Below are positions 46,601 through 57,292 of a stretch of DNA of 64,000 bases, piece by piece. The translations under genes and the position numbers were made by a program. This DNA is from a virus (lineage: Duplodnaviria; Caudoviricetes), in the IMG/VR virus record IMGVR_UViG_3300030098_005649. One strand, given 5' to 3'. The notes beneath the pieces are model-generated. The model saw only the letters and a program-made list of their open reading frames with translations, made no database searches and was not told the DNA's origin. Numbering within the stretch: position 1 is the stretch's first letter; every line of letters begins with the position of its first letter.

Positions 46601-49600
46601 ATGATAATGATGCAAATAGTCTTGATATACAGGCATTCTTGAGAACAATTGATGATTCCACAAGTACAATAAAAGGGCATGTAAAGATTTCAAAAAGGTT
46701 TGATTCTTCAAAATTTTTATTATTCACAATAAGTTCATTATCAGAAAATAGTGGTTACTTTGATATTACCGTATCGAACATAGGTTCATCTGCTGCAAAT
46801 CCATTTAGTAATTCAAATTCTGTGGTTGTCACATTCGCAAGAACTGGTGATATTGGTGCACAAGGCCCAAGTGGTTCAAGTGGTACAAGTGGGTCAAGTG
46901 GTACGAGTGGAGTAAGTGGTAGTAGTGGTACAAGTGGAGTAAGTGGTAGTAGTGGTACAAGTGGAGTAAGTGGTTCGAGTGGAACAAGTGGAATCTCAGT
47001 ACAAGGACCTCCAGGTGCAAATGGCTCAAGTGGAACAAGTGGTTCAAGTGGGTCATCTGGCTCAAGTGGAACAAGCGGAGTAAGTGGTTCGAGTGGAACA
47101 AGTGGTAATAGTGGTTCAAGTGGAACAAGTGGTTCGAGTGGAACAAGTGGTAATAGCGGTTCATCTGGTACGAGTGGTAATAGTGGTTCAAGTGGAACAA
47201 GTGGTTCAAGTGGTACGAGTGGTAATAGTGGTTCATCTGGTACGAGTGGTAATAGTGGTTCAAGTGGAACAAGTGGTTCGAGTGGAACAAGTGGAGTTAT
47301 TAATATATCAAACTCAGGAAATAACAGAGTATTAACTGATATAAATGGTTCTTCTGCTAACGCTGAGTCTAACTTCACATTCGATGGTAGTACTGTAGCA
47401 GTTACAGGTGACTTGACTGTTAGTGGACAGATTGGTGGAAACTTTACTCCAGCAGAAACTGGTGAGGGATTGATTATATCTTCAAGTAATTTCAAAGTAT
47501 CTGCAACTGGTACTGTTACTGCATCAAATATGGACTTGAGTGGTGGATTGACTGCAGATGGTGTTAGTGCAAACTTTGGATTTTTCAACGACCAATTATC
47601 AGTTGGTGGTACAAGTGATAGACCTAATTTATATATAAGTTCGAGTGGTGAGATAAGTACTTCTTTCTTTAGAGTATCTCCTGCTGGTGATGTAACCGCC
47701 TCAAATATTTTATTGACTGCAGGAGTTGATGCAGAAACAGTTACGGCTAATATGGGATTCTTTGGAGAATCATTAGAGGTTGGTGGATATAAAAATAATC
47801 CACGAATAAAGATTGGTAAGATTGGTTCAGCTGGTACTACTGGTTCGTGGGGTATAGTTGGGTATGATGCATCATTACAAGATGGTGGAACAGAAGTTTT
47901 CAAAATAGGTGAAGATGGAAATACAATTTCTGGTTGGCAAATAAAGGAAGATAGATTACATAGATTCACCAGTACTCTAGCTGGTCAATCAGTAGATTAT
48001 TATGATGGTGTTTCAAGTGCCTTAAAAACTATATCAAGGATGAAATTGGATGCTGGTTATCAAGATAAGAGTGGAATACTAATTTCAGATGTTGATGCAG
48101 TTGGAACTGCAGTATCAGTTGCGGCTATATCGATGTCTACCTTTGCCGATCCTGGTGTATTGACAAATGCAGAAATGAATATGGTTAGTATGCCAGATGG
48201 TAAGTTAGACCCAACATCAATAGCTTTTAGAAAGATGTCAGCTCTATCTAATACACCTGGTAAAGGAATGCCAGCAACCGACACATTCTTTTTGAATGGT
48301 GCAAATAATGGTAATAAATTTTTAGCTGGAAGTAACTATCGACTACGAGATACGATGAGACTTGTATCACAATCAATCACACAGGCCGAAATAAATACTG
48401 TGATTGATGATGCATCTGGTTCAATGTTCTCAATAGGTACTGGTTCATTTTCATCATTGGGTGGATTCAAAAGAGTATCACAATCTTATGCTGCAGGGTC
48501 ACCCACAAGAGGAGCTATGTGGCATCTAATACCAAATGATGGAACAGCAAATAGACCTGGTGCTATGAGATTTTTTATGGGTACAAGTTTAGGTTCGTCT
48601 TTCATATCAATGGAAGAACCTAATAGTATAGTCAGGTCAGTACTCGACTCTAACTTTCATATTATGGGTCTGAATACCTTACAATTACCACAATTCGCAC
48701 CAAAAGGGCCACAGGTAAGAAGTGGTGTGATATGGTTTGATGCATCAAATAATTCTTTAAAAGTATACGAGGGTACAACTGGTACTTTTCACGAATTCAC
48801 AACAGGTGGTGGACCACCAGGACCACAAGGACCTGGAGGACCTCCTGGACCACAAGGACCTCCTGGGCCTCAAGGGCCTGCAGGACCAACAGGACCTTCT
48901 GGACCAGACGGAGCAGATGGGCCTGCAGGACCTCAAGGGCCAGCGGGGCCAGCTGGTTCAATCTCAGTTAGTGGTGATGCAGACACGAGATTAATAACAA
49001 TGGATGGAGATGGTACGGCAACTGCACACTCAACTCTAACCTATGATGATTCAACAGAAATATTCAAATTCAACTCCATCAATCAAATAACTGCAAGTTT
49101 TGATGGTACAGGAAATCCTCACGGAATGATGATGACCACTACAAGTGGTGCTGGTGGAGGACCATATCTAACTCTACAGAGTGGTGGTGGTATTCCTAAA
49201 CTTCTACTAAAGGCTGATACTGATAGTAAGTATGCAATGATTGGGTTCTATGATTTAGATGATAGAGATACCGAACAGGCAACTCTCCAATTGGAAAGAA
49301 ATTCAAATAGATATACTGGAGCCACACAAAATGACTTTGTTATCAATACTGCAGCAAATAATAATTTATTATTTGCATATGATAGTGCTGTAGAGGCTGG
49401 ATTTTCAAAAGGTAAATTTGCAGCATTTCAATTATATCCTACATTTCATAATTACAATTATGGATATACTGCAGGTACAAAAGTTTTTGTACCTTGGAAT
49501 AGTTTGAGTGAAATAACTTCGATTAGTTATTATCACAAACAGGCACCAGGAGTTGCAGGACAATTACATAAGGCAGTGATAAGGTCAGAATCTTCACCAG

Positions 49601-49839
49601 GTAATACTGTGGTTGGATATCACGAGGCAGGTGATAATTTTGCAAATCCAAGTACAACTGCAACAGAAAGTGAAACTATACTTGGTATGACCGCTAATAA
49701 TAATGGGTTTGCAACATTTTCAACAACATCTACATTCACAAATACTGATACTATTGCTGTTAGTATAGACCCAACAAGTGACCAAAACGACACGATAGTA
49801 ACATTGTGGTGGTATTTAGATGCATATAGTTTACAATAA
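43669..49839 (+). CDS. Giant tail fibre-like protein 2 (Gly-X-Y repeats)
   Basis: 2056 aa; three GTS tracts, two spacer domains, short GPP/GPQ collagen; AGGA SD inside upstream gene. Confidence 0.75.
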   Translation: MGKIHIEDGIISSSAAIVVQVEGQNVATFNKDGDYLNLLGSLRVSGDVIAENQIVSSSTSYFTQSFSEGSNIFGDTLTDTHRFSGSLDVTGSFVIPIVANATTITPKPGQIAFSTHDNNIYRGTPTGFEVAAGSSGTSGTSGTSGTSGSSGTSGSSGTSGTNGTSGSSGSSGTSGSSGSSGVSGSSGTSGTSGSSGSSGTSGDSGSSGTSGSSGTSGTSGSSGTSGTSGSSGSSGTSGSSGSSGTSGDSGSSGTSGSSGTSGTSGTNGTSGTSGTSGSSGSSGTSGSSGSSGTSGDSGSSGTSGTSGSSGTSGTSGTSGTSGSSGSSGTSGSSGSSGTAGTSGTSGTSGSSGTSGVSGSSGTSGSSGSSGTSGSSGTSGSSGTSGTSGTSGSSGSSGVSGSSGTSGSSGTSGTSGTSGTSGSSGSSGTSGTSGSSGSSGTSGDSGSSGTSGSSGTSGTSGSSGTSGSSGTSGADGNFGGAAFFYTFETNTNNANPGSGDIRLDNATQNAATGIYICDTDEDGNDIQAFMRTIDDSTSTIKGHVKISNKQDSSQFLLFTISSLSELSGYFDITVSPIDSSAAAPFSAGEEIIITFARTGDKGDSGSSGTSGTNGTSGTSGTSGTSGSSGTSGSSGSSGTSGSSGTSGTSGTSGTSGSSGSSGTSGSSGTSGTSGTSGTSGTSGSSGTSGSSGSSGTSGSSGSSGTSGTSGSSGTSGTSGSSGTSGTSGSSGSSGTSGTSGSSGTSGVSGSSGTSGSSGTSGTSGTSGSSGSSGTSGQTGPQGPPGNNGSSGTSGSSGTSGTSGSSGSSGTSGTSGTSGTSGSSGTSGVSGSSGTSGSSGTSGSSGSSGTSGTSGTSGSSGTSGSSGTSGVSGSSGTSGSSGTSGVSGSSGTSGTSGSSGTSGSSGTSGVSGSSGTSGTSGSSGTSGTSGSSGTSGSSGNFGGASFQYTFSTTTTNSDPGNGTLRLDNGTQSSATGIYIDDNDANSLDIQAFLRTIDDSTSTIKGHVKISKRFDSSKFLLFTISSLSENSGYFDITVSNIGSSAANPFSNSNSVVVTFARTGDIGAQGPSGSSGTSGSSGTSGVSGSSGTSGVSGSSGTSGVSGSSGTSGISVQGPPGANGSSGTSGSSGSSGSSGTSGVSGSSGTSGNSGSSGTSGSSGTSGNSGSSGTSGNSGSSGTSGSSGTSGNSGSSGTSGNSGSSGTSGSSGTSGVINISNSGNNRVLTDINGSSANAESNFTFDGSTVAVTGDLTVSGQIGGNFTPAETGEGLIISSSNFKVSATGTVTASNMDLSGGLTADGVSANFGFFNDQLSVGGTSDRPNLYISSSGEISTSFFRVSPAGDVTASNILLTAGVDAETVTANMGFFGESLEVGGYKNNPRIKIGKIGSAGTTGSWGIVGYDASLQDGGTEVFKIGEDGNTISGWQIKEDRLHRFTSTLAGQSVDYYDGVSSALKTISRMKLDAGYQDKSGILISDVDAVGTAVSVAAISMSTFADPGVLTNAEMNMVSMPDGKLDPTSIAFRKMSALSNTPGKGMPATDTFFLNGANNGNKFLAGSNYRLRDTMRLVSQSITQAEINTVIDDASGSMFSIGTGSFSSLGGFKRVSQSYAAGSPTRGAMWHLIPNDGTANRPGAMRFFMGTSLGSSFISMEEPNSIVRSVLDSNFHIMGLNTLQLPQFAPKGPQVRSGVIWFDASNNSLKVYEGTTGTFHEFTTGGGPPGPQGPGGPPGPQGPPGPQGPAGPTGPSGPDGADGPAGPQGPAGPAGSISVSGDADTRLITMDGDGTATAHSTLTYDDSTEIFKFNSINQITASFDGTGNPHGMMMTTTSGAGGGPYLTLQSGGGIPKLLLKADTDSKYAMIGFYDLDDRDTEQATLQLERNSNRYTGATQNDFVINTAANNNLLFAYDSAVEAGFSKGKFAAFQLYPTFHNYNYGYTAGTKVFVPWNSLSEITSISYYHKQAPGVAGQLHKAVIRSESSPGNTVVGYHEAGDNFANPSTTATESETILGMTANNNGFATFSTTSTFTNTDTIAVSIDPTSDQNDTIVTLWWYLDAYSLQ
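44065..47295 (+). repeat. Three (GTS/GSS)n tracts of fibre 2 (44065-45084, 45478-46479, 46864-47295) separated by spacer domains
   Basis: 9-nt-period repeats with occasional GPQGPP. Confidence 0.93.
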
Positions 49840-49869
49840 AATGATATTTATTAGAAATTGGAAACATAA

Positions 49870-52644
49870 ATGGCAATAACAAGAAAAGCACGAAAACGGA
49901 TATTCAAATTAGCAGAAACTTCTGATCAAAAAACGAAGATATCTTCTGCGAGAAGTCGAGGTGATGTAGCTTCCGATAAAGGTGTAACTTATGACCAAAC
50001 AGATTTGGCCTTTTATGTTACCGAAAGTGTACATAATGCTGCATCCGAATCTGTTGCAAAAGGTCGTTGGTTGGAAGATGATGGTTTTTCAGATTTCGTA
50101 GGTCCTATAGCATTTCTGATTGATGAGATGCAACAAGATTTAGATGCAATAGACACATATGTACAAGGTACAAATTTTTCAAGTGGTACGAGTGGAACAA
50201 GTGGAACATCTGGTACGAGTGGTACGAGTGGAACATCTGGTTCAAGCGGAACAAGTGGAAGTAGTGGAACAAGTGGAACGAGTGGTTCGAGTGGCACAAG
50301 TGGTACAAGTGGACAAGATGGTAGAGGTGGAAATGCTGGTTCAAGTGGTACAAGTGGAAGTAGTGGAACAAGTGGAACGAGTGGTTCGAGTGGTACAAGT
50401 GGTAATAGCGGTTCAAGTGGTACGAGTGGAGTAAGTGGGTCAAGTGGTACAAGTGGTACAAGTGGAAGTAGTGGTACAAGTGGTACAAGTGGAACATCTG
50501 GTACAAGTGGACAAGATGGTAACTTTGGTGGAGCAACATTTAGATATAGATTTAGTACTTCTACAACTACAAGTGATCCTGGTTCTGGTATAATAAGACT
50601 AAATAATTCTACACAAAGTTCTGCAACTCGTATGATTATCGATGATGCGGATAGTAATTCAGAAGACATACAAACATATCTAAGAACAATAGATGACTCT
50701 ACATCAACCATAAAAGGACATTTTAGAATTTCAAATCTTACAGATTCATCACAATTTATTTTGATGACAATTACTCGTATTTCCGAAGAGAGTGGTTACT
50801 TTACAGTTGATGGTGGAGTAGTTGCTAATTCTGATAGTTCACCATTTAGTAATGGTGAGTTTGTTATAGTTACATTCGCAAGAACTGGTGATAAAGGTGA
50901 TAGTGGTTCGAGTGGAACAAGTGGAACTTCAGGCACAAGTGGAACATCTGGCTCAAGTGGAACAAGTGGGGTAAGTGGAAGTTCAGGCACAAGTGGAACA
51001 TCTGGCTCAAGTGGAACAAGTGGTTCGAGTGGTACGAGTGGAGTAAGTGGAAGTAGTGGTACGAGTGGTAGAGATGGTGGTACAGGACCACCAGGACCAC
51101 AAGGCCCTCAAGGACTTCAAGGTGACCAAGGACCTCAAGGTGCTGCTGGTGTTAATGGTTCGAGTGGAACAAGTGGAACTTCAGGTACAAGTGGTACAAG
51201 TGGTTCAAGTGGAAGTAGTGGAACAAGTGGAAGAACTGGACCTCAAGGTGATAGAGGAGCTACAGGACTTCAAGGTCCACAAGGTGGAACAGGTGCACAA
51301 GGCCCAAGTGGTTCAAGTGGAACAAGTGGAACATCTGGTACAAGTGGTACGAGTGGTTCAAGTGGAACAAGTGGCACAAGTGGTTCAAGTGGTTCTTCAG
51401 GAACAAGTGGTGTTGATGGTAGACAAGGTGATAGAGGAGCTACAGGTCCTCAAGGCCCTCAAGGTGCACAAGGTGGACAAGGCCCAAGTGGTTCAAGTGG
51501 TACAAGTGGTACGAGTGGGACTTCGGGTACAAGTGGTACGAGTGGTTCAAGTGGTTCAAGTGGTACAAGTGGAAGAACAGGACCACAAGGCCCACAAGGT
51601 GATAGAGGAGTTACAGGACTTCAAGGTGGAACAGGTGCACAAGGCCCAAGTGGTTCAAGTGGTACGAGTGGAACAAGTGGGACAAGTGGAAGTAGTGGAA
51701 CAAGTGGAGTTTCGGTACAAGGTCCTCCAGGCCCACAAGGCCCACAAGGTGGTAGAGGAGCTGATGGTTCAAGTGGAACAAGTGGAAGAAGTATTACAGG
51801 ACCTCAAGGAGCTCAAGGACCTCAAGGTGCACAAGGTGATGTAGGCCCACAAGGACCTCCAGGTGCAAATGGAAGTAGTGGAACGAGTGGAAGTAGTGGT
51901 ACAAGTGGTACAAGTGGTGCTGATGGTAGACACGGTTCTGATGGTAGAGATGGTAATAGTGGTTCAAGTGGTACGAGTGGAGTCTCGGTACAAGGCCCTC
52001 CAGGACCTCCAGGTGCAAGTGGTTCGAGTGGAACAAGTGGAGTTTCCGTACAAGGCCCTCCAGGCCCTCAAGGACCTCCAGGACCACAAGGTGCAAGTGG
52101 AAGTAGTGGAACAAGTGGAGTTTCGGTACAAGGCCCTCCAGGTGGAACAGGCCCACAAGGACCTGCAGGACCTCCAGGCCCACAAGGACCAACTGGTGCA
52201 AGTGGTTCGAGTGGTACGAGTGGAGTCTCAGTACAAGGCCCTCCAGGCCCTCAAGGACCTCCAGGACCTACTGGTGGAAGTGGTTCGAGTGGAACGAGTG
52301 GAAGAAGTATTACAGGACCTCCAGGACCTCCAGGACCTCAAGGTGGACAAGGTGCAACTGGTGCAAGTGGTTCGAGTGGAACAAGTGGAGTCTCAGTACA
52401 AGGGCCTCCAGGACCTCCAGGACCTGCAGGACCTCAAGGTGGACAAGGTGCACAAGGGGGAACAGGACCAACAGGACCTTCTGGACCAGACGGACCAGAC
52501 GGGCCTCCAGGACCACCAGGACCTCCAGGACCTCAAGGCCCAGCTGGTAGTGGTAGTTTGAGTACAAGTCAAAGATTTTTACAAGATAGTAGGACAACAA
52601 AAACTATGACAATATCTAATGGTATTATAACGAGAATTGCATAA
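49870..52644 (+). CDS. Collagen-like fibre protein 3
   Basis: 924 aa; GTS tracts grading into canonical GPQ/GPP collagen; one spacer domain. Confidence 0.75.
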   Translation: MAITRKARKRIFKLAETSDQKTKISSARSRGDVASDKGVTYDQTDLAFYVTESVHNAASESVAKGRWLEDDGFSDFVGPIAFLIDEMQQDLDAIDTYVQGTNFSSGTSGTSGTSGTSGTSGTSGSSGTSGSSGTSGTSGSSGTSGTSGQDGRGGNAGSSGTSGSSGTSGTSGSSGTSGNSGSSGTSGVSGSSGTSGTSGSSGTSGTSGTSGTSGQDGNFGGATFRYRFSTSTTTSDPGSGIIRLNNSTQSSATRMIIDDADSNSEDIQTYLRTIDDSTSTIKGHFRISNLTDSSQFILMTITRISEESGYFTVDGGVVANSDSSPFSNGEFVIVTFARTGDKGDSGSSGTSGTSGTSGTSGSSGTSGVSGSSGTSGTSGSSGTSGSSGTSGVSGSSGTSGRDGGTGPPGPQGPQGLQGDQGPQGAAGVNGSSGTSGTSGTSGTSGSSGSSGTSGRTGPQGDRGATGLQGPQGGTGAQGPSGSSGTSGTSGTSGTSGSSGTSGTSGSSGSSGTSGVDGRQGDRGATGPQGPQGAQGGQGPSGSSGTSGTSGTSGTSGTSGSSGSSGTSGRTGPQGPQGDRGVTGLQGGTGAQGPSGSSGTSGTSGTSGSSGTSGVSVQGPPGPQGPQGGRGADGSSGTSGRSITGPQGAQGPQGAQGDVGPQGPPGANGSSGTSGSSGTSGTSGADGRHGSDGRDGNSGSSGTSGVSVQGPPGPPGASGSSGTSGVSVQGPPGPQGPPGPQGASGSSGTSGVSVQGPPGGTGPQGPAGPPGPQGPTGASGSSGTSGVSVQGPPGPQGPPGPTGGSGSSGTSGRSITGPPGPPGPQGGQGATGASGSSGTSGVSVQGPPGPPGPAGPQGGQGAQGGTGPTGPSGPDGPDGPPGPPGPPGPQGPAGSGSLSTSQRFLQDSRTTKTMTISNGIITRIA
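50182..52554 (+). repeat. Gly-X-Y tracts of fibre 3 (50182-50511, 50905-52554)
   Basis: Mixed GTS/GSS and GPP/GPQ triplets in a continuous Gly register. Confidence 0.93.
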
Positions 52645-52702
52645 AAAATACTATTTACAGAAGTTTTAAAACTATTTATATAAGATAATTTAGGAGTTAT
52701 AA

Positions 52703-52999
52703 ATGAGTGATATAAAATTCACGGAAGAAGAAGTAAGTAAACTAAATCAATTAAAAACAGACTATGTAGAGTGTACAAATAGACTTGGTGAGATTGAAGT
52801 TCAGAAATTACTGAACTCTCAACGACAAGCTGCACTTAGTCAAGCTCATTCTGATATGATAAAGAAGTTTGAAGAAACTCAAAAAGAAGAAGTAGAATTG
52901 ACTAATAAGATAACCGAGAAATATGGACCAGGTACATTAGACCCAAACACAGGTGTTTTTACACCGAGTGAAAGTGATACTCAAGGAGAGAGTAAATAA
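52703..52999 (+). CDS. Small coiled-coil protein (possible fibre chaperone)
   Basis: AGGAG SD; helical with C-terminal KYGPGTLDPNTGVFTP. Confidence 0.55.
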   Translation: MSDIKFTEEEVSKLNQLKTDYVECTNRLGEIEVQKLLNSQRQAALSQAHSDMIKKFEETQKEEVELTNKITEKYGPGTLDPNTGVFTPSESDTQGESK

Positions 53000-53088
53000 A
53001 TTTCGTACAGAAAGTGATTTTGGGAATTTTATTTGATATTTACTTATATAAAAATTTAACAACAACTATAACCAATTGGGAGAATTAA

Positions 53089-55569
53089 ATGGCTGAACGA
53101 ATAGTAAGTCCAGGCGTTTTTACTCGTGAAACCGACATATCATTCCTACCGCAAGGTATTGCGGAAATAGGAGCTGCTATTATCGGGCCAACAGTAAAAG
53201 GGCCGGCATTTGTTCCAACCCTTATTCGTAACTTCTCTGAGTTTGAAGAGATGTTTGGATCCACGGATAAGAGGTTTTATACTCCATATGCTGTAAGAGA
53301 ATATCTACGAAGTGCAGGTACTGTAACCGTAGTTAGAGTTTTACACATAGGTGGGTATGAAGTTGATTACATCAATCTTGAATATAAGAATGATGGTGAT
53401 TCCAACTTCCAATCCTCGTTCAATGGTAAAGTTGCTGCAACCTTAGCACCATCTGCTAAATCTAACTCAGGTATTTCCGACATAGGATTTACAGGAGTTG
53501 GTTTGAGTAGTGCAGCTTCAGCTTCGTCTGAATTTGTATTGACAGTATCTGGTTCTAATGTCGCTGCTGAAACTTATACTTTGTCATTCGACACATCAAG
53601 TGCAAATTACATTGAAAATGTTATCTCAAGAGACCCTTTGAATCAAGATTCATCGGTTTACTTGTTAGCAAGTTTCAAAAATTCGCATGTCGTACATAAG
53701 GATCAACTGGCTGCACAAACTGAAAGTGCATTACCAAGTCTTTCCTCATCATATATTGTAACTGGAAGTGGTACATTAGATTTCAAATCTGGTACACAAT
53801 CTTATGATACTTATGGAAGTGCAAATACTTGGACTGGAAACTCTTCTTATTCAAATGCAAGAACACCTTATATTTTATCACAAAGAATAGGTGGAACTGC
53901 TAAGAATCTATTTAGGGTTTACACAAGAAATCACGGTGCTGAAATGAATCAACAATTTAGAATTGAAATTAGTCAGGTAAAAGCTGCTGGTTCAATTCTT
54001 GGTTCTGATTATGGTTCTTTCGCATTACAAGTGAAGAAATATAATCCAGACCAATTTGACGATAATGTTACACTTGAGGAGTTTGATAACCTAAACTTTG
54101 ACCCAACATCACCACAATATTTCGCAAGAGTTATTGGTGACAGATATGTTGAGATTGATGCAAATGGTAAACTTACCTATTATGGTGACTATCCAAATAA
54201 ATCAAAGTATATCAGAGTTGGTGACTACACAGACCAAGGAAGTAACGGAAGTGCATTGAATTCATTAGCAAAATCTGTAGTACCTATGGGTTTTGGAAAA
54301 GTATTCAATCCTGTTCCTGGTACAACAAATGTACCGAGTGCTTCTTTTGTGACTACTCAGGTAAACTCAGTAACAGGTCAGTATCAGGCTGCAAAAGCTT
54401 ATGGATTTGACTTCTCTAACTTTGATAGTAGAGAGTATCTAAATCCGATTCCAAAAGATGCTGGTAATGGTAACAATGTTACTTTCTCATTGGAAGACCA
54501 ATTAGGAAGTGCAGAAGCAGCTGCAGCACTTGATGGAACATCATCTGATGCAACTGAAAATATTACTTTGACTGCTTCACATATCAGACAAAGAAAATTC
54601 CAAGTACCATTTCAGTTTGGATTCGATGGTAACAATCCTGCATTAGTACCTTATGTTGGTGCTGAAATCACTTCTGCAAATAGTTCTGGATTTGATTTAT
54701 CAAGTTCTACTGCAAGTGGTTCAGTTGCTTATAAGAGGGCACTAAATGCAATAAGTAATGCTGATGAGTTTGATATCAATATGTTGGTAACACCTGGTGT
54801 GATTTCAAGATTACACTCTAATGTAACTAATCATGCTATCACTAAAGTGGAAGAAAGAGCAGATACATTTTATGTAATGGATTCAGCAGCTTGGGGTGAT
54901 ACAATCAGTACAGTAACTGGTGAGGTAGAAAAATTCGACACTAATTATGCGGCAACTTATTATCCGTGGGTAAAGATTGTAGACTTAAATACAAATCTAC
55001 CTACTTGGGTTCCGCCTTCAGTAGTATTACCTGGTGTAATATCTTTTACTGATAAAGTGGCACACGAATGGTTTGCACCTGCTGGTTTGAATCGTGGTGG
55101 TTTGACTTCTGTAACAGAAGCTAAAACACGATTGACTCACGAAGAAAGAGATGACTTATACGAAGGTAGAGTCAATCCAATCGCAACATTTCCTGGTCAA
55201 GGTGTTTGTGTTTGGGGTCAAAAGACCTTACAAGCAAAACCATCTGCATTGGATAGGGTAAATGTAAGAAGATTGTTGATTAGACTTAAGAAGTTTATCT
55301 CAAGTTCTTCAAGGTTCTTGGTATTTGAACAGAACACAATCTCTACAAGAAATCGTTTCTTGAACATTGTGAATCCGTTCTTAGAATCAGTACAGGCTAA
55401 TAGTGGTCTGTCAGCGTTCAGAGTTGTAATGGACGATTCAAACAACACACCTGATGTCGTAGACAGAAATAGGTTAGTTGGTCAAATCTTCATTCAACCA
55501 ACAAGAACTGCAGAGTTCATTGTACTTGACTTTATCGTACAACCAACTGGAGCTTCTTTTCCAGAGTAA
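53089..55569 (+). CDS. gp18: Contractile tail sheath protein (T4 gp18-like)
   Basis: SPGVFTRETD N-terminus; YYPWV...VPPS; WFAPAGLNRG; RDDLYEGRVNPI; WGQKTLQ..SALDRVNVRRLL; IQPTRTAEFI. Confidence 0.96.
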   Translation: MAERIVSPGVFTRETDISFLPQGIAEIGAAIIGPTVKGPAFVPTLIRNFSEFEEMFGSTDKRFYTPYAVREYLRSAGTVTVVRVLHIGGYEVDYINLEYKNDGDSNFQSSFNGKVAATLAPSAKSNSGISDIGFTGVGLSSAASASSEFVLTVSGSNVAAETYTLSFDTSSANYIENVISRDPLNQDSSVYLLASFKNSHVVHKDQLAAQTESALPSLSSSYIVTGSGTLDFKSGTQSYDTYGSANTWTGNSSYSNARTPYILSQRIGGTAKNLFRVYTRNHGAEMNQQFRIEISQVKAAGSILGSDYGSFALQVKKYNPDQFDDNVTLEEFDNLNFDPTSPQYFARVIGDRYVEIDANGKLTYYGDYPNKSKYIRVGDYTDQGSNGSALNSLAKSVVPMGFGKVFNPVPGTTNVPSASFVTTQVNSVTGQYQAAKAYGFDFSNFDSREYLNPIPKDAGNGNNVTFSLEDQLGSAEAAAALDGTSSDATENITLTASHIRQRKFQVPFQFGFDGNNPALVPYVGAEITSANSSGFDLSSSTASGSVAYKRALNAISNADEFDINMLVTPGVISRLHSNVTNHAITKVEERADTFYVMDSAAWGDTISTVTGEVEKFDTNYAATYYPWVKIVDLNTNLPTWVPPSVVLPGVISFTDKVAHEWFAPAGLNRGGLTSVTEAKTRLTHEERDDLYEGRVNPIATFPGQGVCVWGQKTLQAKPSALDRVNVRRLLIRLKKFISSSSRFLVFEQNTISTRNRFLNIVNPFLESVQANSGLSAFRVVMDDSNNTPDVVDRNRLVGQIFIQPTRTAEFIVLDFIVQPTGASFPE

Positions 55570-55586
55570 TTAGTCAATTACATTTC

Positions 55587-55615
55587 AAAAAGCCCCACTA
55601 CTCGTGGGGTTTTTT
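55587..55615 (+). terminator. Rho-independent terminator after sheath gene
   Basis: AAAAAGCCCCAC-TACTC-GTGGGGTTTTTT. Confidence 0.9.
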
Positions 55616-55687
55616 GTTTAAGAATAAAACTATGAAAAAACTATGAAAAATGATACCAAAACAAATCAGACGATTTTTTAGAATACT

Positions 55688-55701
55688 GATATTTATTACT
55701 G
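55688..55701 (+). promoter_or_regulatory. Candidate late promoter GATATTTATTACTG
   Basis: After the sheath terminator, before tube gene; ATACTGATATTTAT also shared with 11161. Confidence 0.55.
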
Positions 55702-55732
55702 AAATAAGAAATTTTTTAATTGGAGAAATCAA

Positions 55733-56224
55733 ATGCCAGATTTATTAGATCCTTCTGAAATAATGTTCACACCGTTTGAACCGAAGACTAAAAACCGATA
55801 TGTAATGTACATTGAAGGAATTCCGTCTTACCTTATCAAAGCGGCAAATAGACCATCTATTCAGTTTGATACAATAGAATTAGATCACATAAATGTGAAA
55901 AGATATGTCAAGGGTAAAGGTGCTTGGCAAACTATAGACATAACACTTTACGACCCAGTTGTTCCATCGGCTGCACAGGCAGTAATGGAATGGGTTAGAT
56001 TATCACACGAGTCTGTTACGGGTCGTGATGGATATTCAGACTTTTACAAAAAAGATGTAACATTCAATCTACTCGGACCTGTTGGTGATGTTGTAGAAGA
56101 ATGGACATTGAAAGGGGCATACATACAGAATGCAGCTTTCAATGATTTGGATTGGGGTAATGGAACTGATCCAGTAGACATAACACTAACATTACAATAC
56201 GATTACGCAATATTACAATTCTAA
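55733..56224 (+). CDS. gp19: Tail tube protein (gp19-like)
   Basis: FEPKTKNRY, WQTIDITLYDP, YKKDVTFNLLGPVGDVVEEWTLKGAY; follows sheath. Confidence 0.9.
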   Translation: MPDLLDPSEIMFTPFEPKTKNRYVMYIEGIPSYLIKAANRPSIQFDTIELDHINVKRYVKGKGAWQTIDITLYDPVVPSAAQAVMEWVRLSHESVTGRDGYSDFYKKDVTFNLLGPVGDVVEEWTLKGAYIQNAAFNDLDWGNGTDPVDITLTLQYDYAILQF

Positions 56225-56308
56225 CAATACTTTTATATCTGGCATTTTTTCCAAAAGTATAGTTATATAAATGGTTTTAGTATAGTATAATAACATAGGA
56301 GTATAGCA

Positions 56309-57079
56309 ATGGCTGACTTTCAGTTTCCAACTGAAGTGGTAGATTTGCCGTCACAAGGTAAACTCTATCCAAAAGAATCACCATTAGCAAAAGGTACTAT
56401 TGAAATAAGATATCCTACCGCAAAAGACGAGGATATTCTAACATCAGTAAATCTTGTAAGAAAGGGTCAAGTTATTGACAAATTCATACAGAATCTTATT
56501 GTTGATAAGAAAATAAAATATAGTGAACTTTTGATTGGTGATAAAAACGCAATTATGATAGCTGCAAGAATACTTGCATATGGTAAGAAATATGAAGTTG
56601 AGTTTGAACATCCGACTAATGGTCAGAAAGTATCAGACACAATTGATTTGACTTCATTCAAAGATAAAATCATAGATGAAAGTTTATTACCAAAAAGTGG
56701 GGTTGATATACCATTTAAGCTACCTAATTCAAAAATAGATGTTACTTTCAAGTTACTTACTGCATTGGATGAAGATGAAGTAACAAGAGAACTTGAGGGT
56801 TTGAAAAAAATATCAAAAGTAGATGGAGTCGATAGGGGAGTAACTACTCGTCTAAAGAGACTCATTACATCTGTAAATGGAGATTCCGAAAAGGCAACTA
56901 TCACGGAGTTTGTCGATAATTATCTTCTTTCAAGGGATGCCGTAGCATTGCGTGAACATGCGAGAATGGTAACACCTGATATAGACTTAAGTTGGGACTA
57001 TATGGATGAAGACGGAGTAAATCACACCTTACAACTACCCATCACCACCAAGTTTTTTTGGCCCGAGTCCGCAATATAA
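56309..57079 (+). CDS. Baseplate hub assembly/tail assembly chaperone (gp26-like)
   Basis: LPSQGKLYP...IRYPTAKDEDILTS...LLIGDKNAIMIAARILAYG; ends KFFWP. Confidence 0.7.
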   Translation: MADFQFPTEVVDLPSQGKLYPKESPLAKGTIEIRYPTAKDEDILTSVNLVRKGQVIDKFIQNLIVDKKIKYSELLIGDKNAIMIAARILAYGKKYEVEFEHPTNGQKVSDTIDLTSFKDKIIDESLLPKSGVDIPFKLPNSKIDVTFKLLTALDEDEVTRELEGLKKISKVDGVDRGVTTRLKRLITSVNGDSEKATITEFVDNYLLSRDAVALREHARMVTPDIDLSWDYMDEDGVNHTLQLPITTKFFWPESAI

Positions 57080-57284
57080 GGCGGACTTGCATTCTGAGAT
57101 ATGGTATCTCCTCTACCTCGGACAGGGCCAATTTACATTTGACCAAGTGTATACCTTGCCCATCTATCTTCGTAGGTTTTACATAAAGAAATACGAAGAA
57201 CAAAACCAAAAAGAAAAAGAATATATGGACAAACAAACCAAAAAAACTCAAGGTATTTCTAAGCCTGGAATAACGAGAAAATAG
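57054..57284 (+). CDS. Probable frameshifted C-terminal extension of the chaperone (G/GT-like)
   Basis: +1 frame is open from 57021, reading FFGPSPQYKADLHSEIWYLLYLGQGQFTFDQVYTLPIYLRRFY; no ATG or SD. Confidence 0.55.
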   Translation, partial: FFGPSPQYKADLHSEIWYLLYLGQGQFTFDQVYTLPIYLRRFYIKKYEEQNQKEKEYMDKQTKKTQGISKPGITRK

Positions 57285-57292
57285 TATTTCAC

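Noticed and set aside
37522-47295. CRISPR array
   Set aside because: Repeats are coding, 9-nt periodic and lack unique spacers.
37427-52600. Many long alternative-frame and antisense ORFs (PLVPLEP..., HLFHLNH..., VQVVQVE...)
   Set aside because: Shadows of the 9-nt GTS repeats, which lack stops in other frames; no SD sites or independent complexity.
36919-52644. Diversity-generating retroelement acting on fibre tips
   Set aside because: No reverse transcriptase in the window and no repeat pair differing only at adenines was seen.
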